Shown: positions 39,831-54,479 of the stretch, piece by piece
Layout: the number at the start of each line of letters is the position of its first letter
Position numbering within the stretch: position 1 is the stretch's first letter
Program-made: the position numbers and the translations under genes
NCBI GenBank assembly: GCA_964016885.1
Contig: OZ024743.1
Coordinates: 151,218,001-151,282,000, forward strand
Length of the DNA stretch: 64,000 nt
DNA from: Eledone cirrhosa
Lineage: Eukaryota
Reading direction: 5' to 3'
The notes under the pieces: generated by a model
Databases searched by the model: none
Seen by the model: the letters and a program-made list of their open reading frames with translations, nothing else
What the model was told of the DNA's origin: nothing

Positions 39831-40235
39831 TTATACTGAATTCATCTTTCATGGCAAGATGACAGTTAAGTATTAGAGCAAAAATAATCTTAATATTGTT
39901 TTCATTCCTATTATAAATGCCAATGATTAAAATTCTGAACCCTCCCTCCCCAAAGCCTTTATTTGATAGCTTATCTCAATGTTTTCAATGTGATGGTTGA
40001 CTTTGGTGCTTACTGGCTAAGGCTCTACTCTAGGTTCTATGTTGCTTAAAAGTAATTGTAGATCTCATAATTTGCAGGTGGTTTCACCAATATTGAATAA
40101 TTTTTGAAAATTTGAAAAAACAATGCGCCCCTGAATATATTCCCTGCCTCCCAAATGAAATAAAAACTCCCAGCACCTTCTTTCAACACAACAACGCCCA
40201 CAAGAGGACGCTAGCACTCACATTGGGAAACACTG

Positions 40236-40539
40236 CTGTAAGGTGATTGTGTTGGTGACATGAGAAAAAGCACCCAGTTCACACTGTAAGGTGGTTGTCT
40301 TAGTGACATGGCAAAAAGTGCTGTTCACCCAGTAAGGTGGTCATTTCAGTGCCCACAATAAAAAGCACAGTCCACACTAACACGATTGGTGTTAAGAAGG
40401 GCACTCATTGAAAGCAAGCCAAAATACAGATCTATATGAGCAAGAAGTGGTCTCTGGACCTGACTTGTCTCATAACATGACAACCAATCTAACCAATGCA
40501 AGCATGGAAAAATGGACATTAAACAATGATGATGATGAT
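40236..40539 (+). mobile_element. SINE family B with 3-4 degenerate copies of the 48-bp internal unit
   Basis: Repeated aaaagcac..agt.cacactgtaaggtggt, core gttaagaaggg, (TGA)n tail. Confidence 0.8.
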
Positions 40540-40812
40540 ACAATAAGAATCTATATTCATAAATAATTGAATATTGATAGCTTTCCCTTGCGTATAAAAT
40601 ATGGAATTTAAATTACAATCATTCATATTAAAATGTTCATTTAAAATTTCTTGATGAAAAACTACAAATGAAATCAGCAAATTTTACAAAATCAAATTAT
40701 GGTTTGTGCAACAGTTTTAAGAAACCAATAATTGTCTGTCACAATTTTCCTAGAACATTTTTGCATTTAATATAACTTATGTTAAAATTAACAAAGATTT
40801 TTGTTCAAACAA

Positions 40813-41533
40813 ATTTGCAGACGACATGGTATTACTTAACTTGACAGAAGGTGATCTCCGACTTGCACTTGATAAGTTTGCTGCCAAGTGCTGTATGGCT
40901 GGAATGAAAATCAGTGCTGCGAAAACTGAGAATCATCCTCTCAAGGAAGCCTGCGCAGTGCACTCTACATGTGAATGGAGTTCCACTGAAGCAGGTGGAG
41001 AAGTTCAAGTATCTCGGGGCCATGTTCACAAGTGATGGAAGGCAGGAGGCTGAATTAAGTGCAAGAATTGCAGGAGCTGAGTAATGTGTCAGCTTCAGCA
41101 TTCAGAAGCTAGATAGGTGTAAAATTCAAACTCACTATCTTTAATTTGGTATTTGTGCCAACCGTTACCTATGGTCATGAATCTTGGCTAATGATACGAT
41201 CGTGAATACAAGCAGGCAAAATGGGGTTCCTCGAAAGGGTCTTCGGAGTACTGTTACTCTCCGAATTTAGAGATCACAGCTCTGATTTTATGGGCATGTG
41301 GTTAGAATGTTTCAGGAAAGGATCGCTGAACAGATTTTACAGGCAAAAAAACCAACTGGCAGGAGATCCAAAGCAAGATGGTTGGATAACATCCAATGTA
41401 TCCATGAGCTCGTCTGTTCTCACTTGGATCAGTTGTAAGTGGTTGCTTCTGACAGGGATTCTTCCAAGAAGAAGGCGAAGAAGAAAAAGAAAAGGAAAAA
41501 AGGAAAAGGAAAAAGAAGAAAAAGCCCCCCCCC

Positions 41534-41566
<33 letters not shown>

Positions 41567-41590
41567 AAAAAGAAGAAAAAGAAAAAGAAG
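40813..41590 (+). mobile_element. 5'-truncated RTE LINE resembling fish Rex3/Expander, with expanded (AAG)/A-rich tail
   Basis: FADDMVLL...DLRLALDKFAAKC.MAGMKISAAKTE...LKQVEKFKYLGAMFTSDGRQEAELSARI...VFVPTVTYGHESW...IQAGKMGFLERV; purine tract 41466-41590. Confidence 0.88.
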
Positions 41591-42769
41591 AACTAGTAGT
41601 AGTTTGGTCGTTTCTTTAGGCATAGCTCATTTTCATGAGTGTATTATCAAAATATTCATAAAATACAAGTATTAGTCTGGGAGAAATTAGAACATTCAAA
41701 AGTAGCTCAACTTGTTTTATATATATTCATAAAACTATTGTTTGGGAATTAACTAGAGTATAAAAGTTTAAAAAGAACACATAAAATACTAAAGAAATAC
41801 AATGAAACACTTTAAATGCATTTTTAAAGAATACATGAAGTAACTTTGTTAGTCACAATACATTTTAAATGTATACTAGAAAATAAACATACATTGACTA
41901 GCAATTTGCTTTCAATATTAAGGAAATAATGGAGGAAATATGTACTGACATATTATGCTCGAAGCTTTAGTTACTACAAGTTTTGCTCTTACATAAAAAA
42001 GAGTTAATTATGACAAGAGCTGGTAAGATATAAATTTCTGAATAGCTTTTGCAACAATTTTAAAAAGATTACACATCTACTTTAACAATACTGCAATAAC
42101 ATGTTACCAGAATTTCGGGATCAGTAAATTCTTTATATCTTAAAAGACATGAAATTTTGAGTTTGAAACTAGATAAAATGAAAGATGTAACAGCTAGTGG
42201 TGATTGTTGGAATAAAATATTACATTTCTCCTTTATGTTTTGTCAGCAACACTTTAATATTAGAAGTGTTCAATAATCCTTGTAAATATTTGAAACCTAT
42301 CAAATACTGTTTGAATTAAGCTATATCAAATCACATTTTGTTCTGTCATTCATTTTGACATTTTCAACATTCTTAACACCCCCCCCCCCCCCACCCCCCA
42401 AAAAACAAGAAATATTTTCTGAATGAATGCTCCTATTATTATTGTTGTAGCAATATATGAATTTGAATATAACATAAGAATTGGTACACATAAAAAAAAA
42501 AAAGTTCTAAATGTTTAACTTTTAACATTTTAGAGATAATAAATTTTTCTTGTCCTTATTTTAACACTTGATTTTCCTTGTCTCTATGTCTTGCAATTTT
42601 GTTAGGTTTCATCCACATATAGATTGTTCATTGCTCACTGACAAAATGGTGAAGGATCCACAAAAAGAGATCTTAAACTCAATAAAGCAAACATTTATTT
42701 TTATCATTGCTATATGTATCCTGGTTTTTAGAGTAGGTATATTGTATTCCTGTTATAATAGGTGACTAA

Positions 42770-42861
42770 AAGGGTTGGCATCAGGAAAGGCATCCGGTTG
42801 TAGAACAATAGCTTCATCCAGCCCATACCAGCATAGAAAAGTGGATGTAAAAAACGATGAT
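42770..42861 (+). mobile_element. Short SINE family B remnant
   Basis: gttggcatcaggaaaggcatccggttgtagaa core and 3' tail motif. Confidence 0.7.
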
Positions 42862-42959
42862 TCTCGCAATTATCTCATATATAAAGTGCCTGTAGTTTCA
42901 TGACCTGCTATAAATTCAAACTACACTCCTAGGGAAATCCTGATTTAGATTTACTCCCT

Positions 42960-43500
42960 TTAGCAATTGAGCAATTCAAACCTTCACTCTACACATCCAT
43001 GTCTTACTTAGTGTTCTTTGCTTCTCTCTTAGATTTTCATCTAATTAGTTTTGCACTTCTCAATTTTACCTATTATACTATTCCATCTTCATTTTCATTT
43101 TATCCATTGCTGATTAGTATCTTACAGAAAAATTATCTCATAGGAACATCTTGTTCGGACTTAAATGAATTCTCTATCATTGTCCATCTGACTATATAAT
43201 CATTGCCAGCATTGTATGGAAACTGGTTATCAGAGGTCTTTCCAATATCCAATATTCTTGATACCTTTACTGTTTCCCCCTTTTGATAAACATTGAGGTG
43301 TTCATTTGCCTCAAAATATAAATTGTGTGTCCCAAAATATCTTCAGCTGTTTAAAGCAACATCAATCTACTTTCCAATGCCACATATCTGATAGGTAGGT
43401 GGGAGTAACCATATGGCTTGTTGCTTTGGTAAATGCATGTTATATAAGGTAAACTTATCCACATTACACAAATTCTGTGTCTTTATCAAAGCTTGTTGCC
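42960..43500 (-). mobile_element. Highly degraded CR1-like RT fragment
   Basis: Remnant LDI.K..D..P motif near 43210-43260; weak. Confidence 0.35.
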
Positions 43501-46500
43501 ATTTAGTCTAATTACAGGCTTTTTCTTTTAAGGAAACTACATTAGCCATATAAAATGTTTCATGATTATAACATTTTTTTAACCCTTAAAATTAATAAAA
43601 GGGTTCTGTGTAATATCCAAGCTATGTAGATAAAAATATCTAAGAATGAAGTTTAAATAATTTACATTGTTTCTTCATATGTTAGCCAACATATAAGCTT
43701 GACAGCATAACTTAGGTTCAACTGAATTCATTTCATGGCTGTATCTCCAAATAAATGTCATTACTATAAGCGATATACTAACTTTATTTATATGGGAAAT
43801 GATTTACTATTATTAACTGACCAATTATTGAAAACAAAATCAAACAACAAGTAAATGGCATATTTAAATCATTACTCTTTTCAATATGATTATCATGAAT
43901 ATTCTGATATGATCCAAAGTTTAATTTAAAAAAACCCCCATATACTATGGTAAATGAATTATCTACAGTTATATGAAACGCTGAATGAAGAAAAGTACTT
44001 CAGATCATATTTTATACATAATGAAATTACATAAATTAATGTGAAAGAAGTAAAGGCATGAATTAGACTAAATCAAAGCTTGTATCATTAACTCTCTTAT
44101 GAGATTCTTCTCCAGATATGGTGAGGGGAATATTTTGTTAAATAAATTGCATTTGAAATTATACACTATATTTTAATATAAGCTGTAGATAAATTGATAG
44201 AACGGTTTCATTTGTAATTATTTTCAAGTCCTGAGGTTTAATTTGCAGCATGACATAGCTAATTTGCATGAATCAGAGGTAATGTTTCTATTAACAAAGA
44301 GAAATTATATGCATAGTGAAACATCTTTATTGCTGTAATTATAAACTCTTTCAGATGTTTACAGGCACATTTACCAATCATGTTCAACTATAAACAAACT
44401 AAGTGAAATGACAACAAAGCCTTCAGACATAATAAATTATTGTGGAAACTCAGTAATAAAATTATGAGTGCTTAGATAGAAGTTATTTATACTATCAACA
44501 TAGATTTACAAAGTGGAAAACAAATGAGAATAGTGCTTCCATATATAGTATAAGCTGAATAGATATTTAAATAAGAAGAAGCAAGAAAGTTTGTCAAAAA
44601 TAATTCTAGATAATGTAATTTAGCACACATTTAGCTCTGAATTAACTGATAAATATTTCAAGAATCATAAGGTACCAACATGCCTAAATATATTTTTATC
44701 CTTTTTCTATAAAGATAATGACTCATCATTGTTTTAAAGTCCACTTTTCCTTGCTTGCATGGGTTGGACTTACTCACAATCTTCTCATTCAAATAATAAA
44801 TGTTAATATTATGTACTAGTATTAATAAAAAACAAAATACATTTTTTAAAGTGTAAATAACGATGTTATTAAGTTATAAATTTCCAGCGATAATATTCTG
44901 CCAATATTGGGACACAATTTGTATAAATGTTACCAGTACTATTATCAAGATAGTTGATTTCAGAAAGCAATAACAGAGAAAATAATTGGATATTATGTCT
45001 TAGTCATGACAACAGATGTGAGATTAAGGTGGTGGATTACTAACCACATGTCCATGGATTTAATCTATACTGTGCCCCTAAGCAAATTACCTAACTCTAC
45101 GTCTTCTAACTTTCCAGACTGAACAATAACCAGGTTCCATTACTGGATGAACTATTTGCAGTTAGAAGGGCATCCAACTGTAAAACAACTGCTCGAAAAA
45201 ATAAACTATCCTACTCACAGAAATGCATCAGTAAATATAGGTCACTAATAATTATGCTGTTGAATGTTCATAGTTATATTAGTATATATTTGCAATATTT
45301 TCAATGCTTTCTAAATTAAATACATCCTTGCAACACTACTGTTACTAATACTAATAACAAGATTGCCTCACCATCAATAATGAATACAGAAGACAGATAT
45401 ATTTCAAGATGATTTCTCCTCACTATTCCACTTTGTTTAGCACTAAGTCCTTTAAGAAAGCTACTAGAAACATCTTATCAGAATTAAAGATTACCAATAA
45501 TGTTGCCAGTCACAAAATGAAGCATCTTTTTATATAAATGATCTGAAATTATGCCAGCTCCAAAAATATTACAGAGCTCTTTAATATAGTACATCAATGA
45601 TTCAATATAAATGTGAAATCACTGATAAACTGTGAAGTAGAAGACAAGAAGAAAAAAAAAAGAACAAGAGCAAACCCAATGAGACTGAATACAACATTTG
45701 GTTTGAATGAAAATGTTATATTTTAGCAAAAGCATGATAGTAATGGAAGCTGGAATGTAGGCTATATTTGATTTTTATTTCATCAGTCAATCCTATCTGA
45801 TATTTGATAATCTATTACAGTAGTTCTTTCAAATATTCTGGATAGAGGAATTTTCAAATAAGAAGTCTTGCAATTTATAATTGTTCAACCAGCAAAGTTA
45901 GAAATATTCATTCCGCTTAACAATCACTTGATTGATTGAGAGTAGTAACCAAAATTTCAACTAAAATTATTCGGCAAGATTCAAAGGGAGAACAAAATCA
46001 ATAAAAGTATTTTCAAAAGCAAGTGAAAGAGAAAAAAAAGAGATAAATATCATAAGTCATGTGTTGTGTAGTTGAAACTATTCCTCAGTGTTCTCTATCC
46101 TTAACTAATTAATAACTAGAGAAGCCACTGCACAAATAAGTTAAACTGTTAAAGTATATGTTTGTTTTCAAATATTAACTTTCAAAATATTCTTTAAAAA
46201 AACATAAAAACAAAGGTTATATGAATTATAGCAAATAAACAAAGAAAAAAATTTAAATGCTGCAGAACTTTAAAAAGAATATGTCACTCAACAGTTATGT
46301 ATAAGAAGTTAGATTAGTAAAATATAAATACTAAAGCTAAAGGTTCAATAGATAATGCCTAGATGTTGAACAATACAAGTTAAGAAAAAAATAACCGAAC
46401 AGAAATTTCTTCTTTTTTTTTAAACATAGATATTCGATAAAATGGAGTGTGAAACAGCCAGTAAATTTATATAGACAATTAGTAAACAGGATAAAAAAAA

Positions 46501-47786
46501 AAAAAAAAAAAGATCGATCACACTCAGGGGAAAAAATGTTTAAAAAATATACTAGAGGGTTTAAAACTGCAGTATATACTATGTCAAACTAACTGTGGCA
46601 CTATATACATAATATTGTTTGGAATCACCTGACATAAGATTTTGTTTGACTCTCTCTCTCTTGCTCTTTCTTTCTTTCTATCTATCTATCTATCTATCAC
46701 ACACATAAAGAAAAACAGAAGCACTGAAGTGAAAATAGAAGATACTTAAAATTAATGATCTGATGCCTCAAGTTAAGGTATGTGTGGGTAGAAAGACTTT
46801 TGAAGATATGTTATTGTGTTGAATTAGAGTTTCATACTTATATGAATTGATATTCTAAAAACAACAATTAGTTTAAAACTAGAAAGATATCATGAATGAC
46901 ATCCATTTATAAACCTCTCCTACCTAGTAGTCCATTTTAAAATATAGGATAGGTATATATGTGAAAAGACAGATATATACTTAAAAGCAAGCATAATCTT
47001 ATGGAAATAATTTTGCTGAAAACCAACCAATCACTCTTTACAACTCTTATTCACTGCAACCAACTTTATAACTAGATTCACTTTTTTGCTGCTTACACTT
47101 GCCTGACTAAATTACAATATCTTCGGAGCAGTTATAATTTTAATGAAAGGGAATATTGTCCCCATATAACAAGAAAAGCAAATCAATGTGCATTCATATT
47201 CCATGAAACGTTCTTATATATGATCAAAAGTTATTTCAATTCCATCTTTCTTAAAAAGATTAACAATAAAAAGGAGAGGTGGCTTAGTGACTATACGCAT
47301 ACCATTTGAGGTAGAAGACAATGTATATGTTGCACAAAGCAAGAGAAAGCAGCCCAGGCAGCAGTGTTTCTCCTAGTAAAAATAATGATGTAAAAAGTAA
47401 ATCTTTTAATTTTTATAAGGTAAAAATCTAGTAAAAATATACATCAGTCATTTTGCCCAGACTTTGCTTTCAAACTATAATTCTATAATTGGATTTTAAG
47501 TAGAACTATTATAGTGTATGAAATATTTCACCACTTGAGACATAATTAGTCATTTAAGATGTATGTAAGCAATATTTATTTTGATAACAATTCAGAATTT
47601 TGTTTGTAAAACTGTTAAAACTTAATTTTCTTGATGTCCCTTTCAAGTGGAAATTTGATTGGATAATACATTGCTACTTAGACAGAAATTATATATAATA
47701 AAAGTAGTGAAGGCCATATCTTATAAGATTCAACTAGCTTTTTCAATTACTAGTCAATAATGGCTTAGTCTTTGACCATTTACATT

Positions 47787-47834
<48 letters not shown>

Positions 47835-48829
47835 CATATATATATATTACATTTAAATGCCAACAACACAAAGTTGTAGTCATTTGAAGGTGAGAAATTA
47901 AGGAAAATCTTTTAGTTATGTCATGGACATAACATCTTTAGTACTATGATAAAATGCACCTAGTATACTATGTAATGTGTTTGGTGTTAGGAAGAGAATC
48001 TAGCCCTAGAAAACATGCCAAAACTGGAATGTATTTAACATGACACTGACACTGTTCTTTGGTCAAACTCATGCCAAGATAGACAAACAAACATAAGATG
48101 ATGGTGGCAATATTGATCTCTTTCAGTTGTGAATGACTGTAGATTATAACACTGTTGTGGCTTCCAAAGTTCAAGCATTGACATTGTAAATGGAAATCCT
48201 TAGGCTATAACTCAATGACACAATATACAAAATGGATATCTAAAAGAATATACATAGTTGTAACAAGCATATTTCAGAGAAGAATATTGCAGCTAAGATA
48301 GAAGAAGCAGGAGATGGTTACACAGTCAGTTGACGTTAAAAATAATCTTGGGTAAATTATGTTACAAGATAATATGTAACTGAAAAATAAATAAAAAGAA
48401 AGTAATTTTGATGCGACCTGATTTTTAAAACTAATATGATGTAAAATTCATAACTTCAACAGATAAACTATATTTTGTAAAACAAGAATGACATAAATTC
48501 AGCAATATTAATTCAATTATTAGTCCATTTAAATGGCTAAAATATATTCCATTAATTCTACATTTTTATCAAAATATAAATAACTTGAAAATTGGATTTT
48601 ATATGGTTTTTAAAGAAACTCTCGAAAGAAATATTACATAAATATATGCCTCACACACATAATACACTGATCCACATATACACAGACCACAATAGAAGGA
48701 GTTGATTGAATTTTACTTGATAAATAAGAATTAAACATAAAGAAAACAATTTTATTTAATATAACCTATGCTCTATATCATGATGCCAAAATATTTATGA
48801 TTATAATAATTGATCCATCAAATGTACAC

Positions 48830-49260
48830 TATTTCATGTATTTGGGTGGTACACAATGAGCAGTTGGAGGCAGTGGCAAGAATTGGAAAAGCTGGAGCAG
48901 CACTTGGCATGCTTGCTAACATTTAGAAACTAAAAAACATAAATATGAAAACTATAATTGCAGACTACAGTTTAACATGCCTATCTAATCTTTATAGCAG
49001 TGAAGCATGGTAACTCTACAAAAGTGATAGGAAATAAGTAAATGCATTACATCAAAGATCCTACATGTAACAAAGAGGTCAAGTACTGATGTTGTAATAA
49101 TCGAGAGAATAGGACAAAAGGATCTCATAATAATGCTGAAAATAAGGTTAAGTAGGCTAGGTCTTGAATAATAGGAGGATACTGAGAAGGGCACTGGAGT
49201 GAAAACTTCATGGTGGCAAATTAGTTTTGAGAAAGTCTAAGCTGGCATAACAAAGACGTA
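48830..49260 (+). mobile_element. Degraded RTE fragment
   Basis: FMYLG...VARIGKAGAA.GML.NI and LYSSEAW remnants. Confidence 0.55.
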
Positions 49261-49843
49261 TTTAAAACAAATATCTGAAATGTGACAAAATAAAACAGAT
49301 GGCAGTCCAGTTCACATAAAAGGATCAATATGCAGCATGACACAGAGAAGGGCATTTTAGCTTAGAAAAAGGCATGCATGTTGACTTTATTTTCTAGTAA
49401 TATAGTTCCATTTGATTCACTGTGTAAAAAGGAAAAATATTTTAGAGCCACCTGTTCCCCCTTTTTTTTTATTCTTCTTGTTGAGATATAACAACATTAG
49501 TATACAAAGAAGTAGCTTTTAGACATCTCTGGAGGTAGATCGCCTTCAGACATTGCTCACAAAGAAACCATTACAGGCTAAGAGTTCTATGGAAGATGTA
49601 CTTGATGAATTCATAACTTTTAAACCTTGGTGATCAGTCAGATTGTGGGTGAGACAATCTCATAATGCATACTGACATTGTTTTTTTATTTAACTGGTTT
49701 AACAGTGAAAGATATGTTTCTCTCGCTTATCCCTCTGCAATATTATAATCACCATTTCATTTTCATCACAATAGAGCCTTCAGGTATTATGTAAAATATT
49801 ATTGAAAGTGTTGAAAATATTTAACAATGCCATCTCTAAATTA

Positions 49844-50661
49844 GTGTGTATACATGACTATAAGCTGATCCAAATATAAGCCGACCCTACTATTTTATTC
49901 CTGATAAATGGGCAAAAACCCAAACCCCATTTATAATCCAAGGCAGCTAATCAACACATTATGTTTAGATGGTGTTATTTTGAAAGTCTCATGAGTATAA
50001 AATATATTTATGAAGTTTTAATATTTTGATGTTTAAAATATTTTAGGTGCCATTTAGAATATAGTTTTTGTTTCACAACTTCATTACATCAAGTTTTTTT
50101 TTAGAATTTCATTCGTTTTATAATTTCAACAAGTTTCTCAGATTTTTTTTTACTTCCAACCACTCACATGTTGGGAGTAGTTGAAAGCAAGAGTTCGAAT
50201 GTGAGAATTTTGTATAGGGATTCATAGAGTACAGAGGGAGGGAAATATAGGAAGTGAGAGAGAGGAGATTGAGTGAGAGCAATAAAACATAAGATTGAAA
50301 AAAAAAGTATTAGTAAGTCAGAGAAAAAGTCGGCATGTGTGTGTATGTGTGTGCAAACATGCATGTATGTATTTGTGTGTGCATGTGCACGAAGTCATGT
50401 ATTAAAATGCTCAGATTATAAAGATTTGTTGGAAATATTTTCAAGGGAGTGCATAAATAACACTAAATACAATGTAGTAAAAACAAAAGAAATTGTTTCA
50501 TTGTAAAATAATCACTCCTATTTACATAGAATATGAAGTTGATAAAAATTGGCAAAATATTGACACCGAATATAAGCCCCCCCCCCCCCCCCCACACACA
50601 CACACCATCTACCATCGATTTTTGGTCACATATTCCTCGACTCCTATTCAAGTATATATGG
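49844..50661. mobile_element. Non-autonomous pogo/Tc2-like (Tc1-mariner superfamily) element
   Basis: TA on both flanks. Left end gtgtgtatacatgactataagctga and right end tcgactcctattcaagtatatatgg are decayed inverted copies of CCGTATATACTCGAGTATAAG.CGA; subterminal aatataagcc repeats near both ends. Confidence 0.7.
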
Positions 50662-51027
50662 TAGTTTGTCATTTTCCTTAATAATATTAAGAATTATTTC
50701 TATGATAATGCACTCTGATTGTTTAGTGCACTGAGAGCAGCAATCATATATGTTTTCCATAACAAACCCTTAAAACATTCATAAATATTCAAAACACATG
50801 TACAAAATGATTTGGGAAAATAACTTGAAAAAATTGTGGGAGGAAAAAAAGAAACGTTTTTATATTGCTAATTTAAATGAACCCAACATCTCTCTGTCTG
50901 ACTATCTCTGTCTCTCTTTCTCTCTCACCCACTCTGTCTCGCTATAAAAATACATAATCTGAGAAGAATTGCTGGTGATGCTATCTGTGTGGATATCAAC
51001 AACTACAGAGTTAAAAATATAAAACAG

Positions 51028-51420
51028 TTAACAAAAGGGATCGGCTTTTGTGGCATGGGAAGGTTGTAATACATCATCAGAGATAATAGGTGTGAAGGAA
51101 AAGAAAAGATAGAATTCTGCTGTAGAGATGCAGTTGGTGAATGAACAAGAAAATAAGCTATTGCCTGAAAGAGGGGAAAGCTTGTTAAATGCTCCAGATA
51201 ATAGATATTCTTGCCTTAATGACGTGCTTTGCATTGACCTAGACTATGCAGCTGCTGGATGACAAATGTTTTGTCTACCTTTTTTTGTTTGTGTTTGTAA
51301 CTGTAGTGACAGCAGTAAGAGAAAGCATCAGACTCCTCATGCCTAGGTATTATTATTTGTTGGCACTGAAGCAAATAAAGCAAGCAATCAATGGGGAATA
51401 GATAAATTGGTTGACTAGAC
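51028..51420 (-). mobile_element. Degraded CR1/Jockey-group LINE (EN-RT linker)
   Basis: SFTPIISDD.....TKADPF resembles the 'SFPPL...DG.....KAELF' linker motif. Confidence 0.45.
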
Positions 51421-52029
51421 AAGTAGAGGAGGTTAGATGTTCATTAAAGTAAATATATAGTTAAATAGGAAATACTGCTCTCAGTAGATCATATAGTTAA
51501 ATAGGAATTACTACCACATAGGTAATATCATAGTGACACAGTGCTTCTAATTTGGTTCAGTTGAAATCAAATTATATGATAATGCCTAATACTAATCAAT
51601 TACAAGTTTTGTTAACCAAAATGGTGCAATTTACCAGATAAACCAAACAGCCATTTGTATATAAAATTTACTAAAAGAAACAATTCCAAAAATCTTAATT
51701 CAATCAACAGTTTAATTTAATAAATTGAATGAAAAAAAAACCCTTTTCATACATTAGTATATTATAAATGATTGCAACACCTTTTAATGAAGTCTGATAA
51801 TTGTTCTCATCTTAAAGGAATATTCAAATGAAGTATTCAAATTTTGAATAAGTTATTAAAAAATGTCAAGAACTATTGAAATTTACACTTACTGTAAAAT
51901 ATTATATAAAAACAAAAACTACAAAGAATTAGCCTACTTGCAAGTGCAACATAATTTTGAGTATAAAAGTAAAGTAAAACAGAGGTAATCTGTTTTATTA
52001 TAATATATGGTATTTCATTAGACAGTTAT

Positions 52030-52262
52030 TTAGAAATTCAGGGAGGAACAAGCTCTAATAAGTGAGCCTATATGTGGTTCCACGCCCTGCTAGACATAAC
52101 AGTTCAATCTCCAACAAACCACACCTTAAAATTAAAAAAAAAAAAAAAAGAAATCATTGGATAATGTAATTCTGTCTGACAAAATGATGGGATGGTCATG
52201 GCTTGGAATCACAGTGATCAAAGGTTTACTTGATCAAGATTAACCTGGAGCTAAACAATACT
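52030..52262 (+). mobile_element. SINE 3' portion (tail ...gattaacctggagctaaacaa)
   Basis: Similar tail at ~14990-15070; related reverse sequence at 40-75. Confidence 0.5.
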
Positions 52263-52939
52263 GTCCAATATAGAAATAATTTTCTAAAACCTTTAATGTT
52301 CATTTTCCTTGTAGTATGGAGTGGATAATAATAGTGGTTCAGAAATTTATATGCATGATTATCGAGACTATATGGATGAAAACTTTTAATAAAACCAACT
52401 CCTAAATTACAAAGGAACAATGGCATCTATATTTAAACTAGTCACAGAACCAAAAATAGAATATTGTGCAGATGGAAACATTTGAACTGATACTATTTAG
52501 AATCTGTGTGTACTAATAGGAGTATTTAAATATAACATTATACTGAGTATATATTAATTAAATAACTTATCACAAAGAACAGGAGAGTAACTTTAAATTA
52601 AATTCTACATATTTATTATTGTGTAACAAGAGAAGTTTAGCATGATAACATTTCACAAACTTAATACCATCCATTTGTTGAGTATACAGGATTACAGAAA
52701 TCATGGCAACATATGGAACTGTATGAAAGCAACAGTAAAAGATCAATATTCATCATATGTATATATGTATATGAGTGTATAAGTGTGAATTGATTCTAGT
52801 TACAGCTCTTTCACAGTGCATCCCATAAGTCAATAGAGTCAATCATGAAAAGTCAAGTAATTGAGTAGTTGAACTAGTGATTTAGATAAATATTTATGAA
52901 AAATGTATTTTATTTTATTTTATTTTATTTTATTATTTA

Positions 52940-54370
52940 ACTGGAGAAGCAATAGGTGACACCTATGACATTTATAGGGCAGACCTCTCAGATTACTGAT
53001 GTTGATACAATTAATGTTCAGTTTGAACTTCTTTGTTGAAGTCTGTACAAAAATAGGACAGGAGGGAGTTCTGAGGTGGAAAGATTCAGAGAGAAGGATA
53101 TACACTATAGGAACGAGGAGAAAAGATGCATGAGCAACAGATGAGCATGGGTGGTGGTTATGGAGGAGTAGAAAACAGAGTTAGAACCTGAGAAAAGAAA
53201 AAGGCTTGTAGTTGTGCAGTTGTGGTTAGTGAATCTTTGTTAATCAATTTGATGGCCTTTATTTTGGAAATGGACTAGCATGTGTAGTAGCAGATATATA
53301 AGCAATACTGTAAAACCATGGTTAAGGCCCCGACTCATAACAGTAGCACTGCAACTGCAGATAAACTTAGGACCCTGATGATGGAATATGATGTATGACA
53401 CATCCATCATTGTGCCTAACATAAGTGCAAGCTGTAGTTGACTGATGAGGACGGCTGTAAAGTGGGTTCACTTGAGCTTTGTAGAAAGTAAAAACTTTAT
53501 CAGTGCTGAAATATGTCCTGAAGTGGCAGCTTAATGTTTGCAATAGAGTTTTACCAAAATTTATGTTAGGCCACAATGAGATTATTAAGGTGTATACAGC
53601 TTGATGTTTGTTGCCACTTTCAAGATTTTAGCTTTTTGTAGTTAAAGAATATGGAGGATAAAATATCCCTTGATATATGTAAAAATAGTATCTTGATATG
53701 ATACTGTCGAAAGAAATTAGTTTGTTATATCTCAATTGAATGTGGTATATATGATTGTTGTGGATGACCTGTGTATCAAAGTTTAAAGGCAATATCATTG
53801 CAGAGGAGTCAGGATTAACAAGATTTGGATTGGCAGTATCGGTAGAGTGTCGGACGCCATGCTTTGATGCATAGAGTTACGGCCCTTTCCATTCTGAGTT
53901 CAAATCCCGCCGAGGTTAACTTTGCCTTTCATCCTTACGAGGTCGATAAAATAAAGTACCGGTAATGCACTGAGTAATTTCTGGCCTTGTCCCAAAAGTA
54001 GAAACAATTATTAATATAGAGATAACATAACTGAATCTTGAGGTAAACCATGGTTGACGAAATAAAAAAAAGATTTACTGGTAGTTAGTGAGAGGGGGGG
54101 AAAACAGTGATAAAGTGGTTGTTTATGAATGCTTCAACCACCTTCTTGGGATTAGAAGTGAGAGAAATAGGATGATAGTTGGTAGGGACAAAGAGTTGCC
54201 CTACTTGGCAATGGGACACACTATATTACCATAGATTGGCATTGATTGTGTAGACAGAGAAAGATTAAAGAGTTAGATGAAGTTAAATGCAAGCTCTTGA
54301 ATACAATGTATCAGCGTAAAGGAGGGAATACTATCAGAATTCGGCACCTTGGTTTGTAATGATCAGAAGT
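52940..54370 (-). mobile_element. Degraded CR1-Zenon-like LINE RT, interrupted by a SINE
   Basis: DSIPPFTL..C..ELA, KVVEAFINNH and FYKAQVNP remnants in the expected order. Confidence 0.65.
53826..54013 (+). mobile_element. SINE family A, youngest-looking copy
   Basis: tggcagtatcggtagagtgtcggacgcc...gagttcaaatcccgccgaggttaactttgcctttcatccttacgaggtcgataaaataaagtaccgg; intact A/B boxes and CpGs. Confidence 0.92.
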
Positions 54371-54479
54371 GATTTTTTTTTCGCTTTTAGCACCTATGCT
54401 AACATGATGGTGAGACTCATGAAAATACATGTGTATGTGTGTACTGTTTTGTGTATTTAATGATGGATCTTTCCTCTTT

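Noticed and set aside
40076-40235. Possible hAT MITE (right end ttgggaaacactg)
   Set aside because: Only one convincing terminus and no 8-bp TSD found.
41221-41675. Lys/Arg-rich protamine-like ORFs
   Set aside because: Translation of the RTE A/G-rich tail expansion.
53826-53910. tRNA gene
   Set aside because: A/B boxes belong to a SINE head and continue into the SINE core; no complete cloverleaf.
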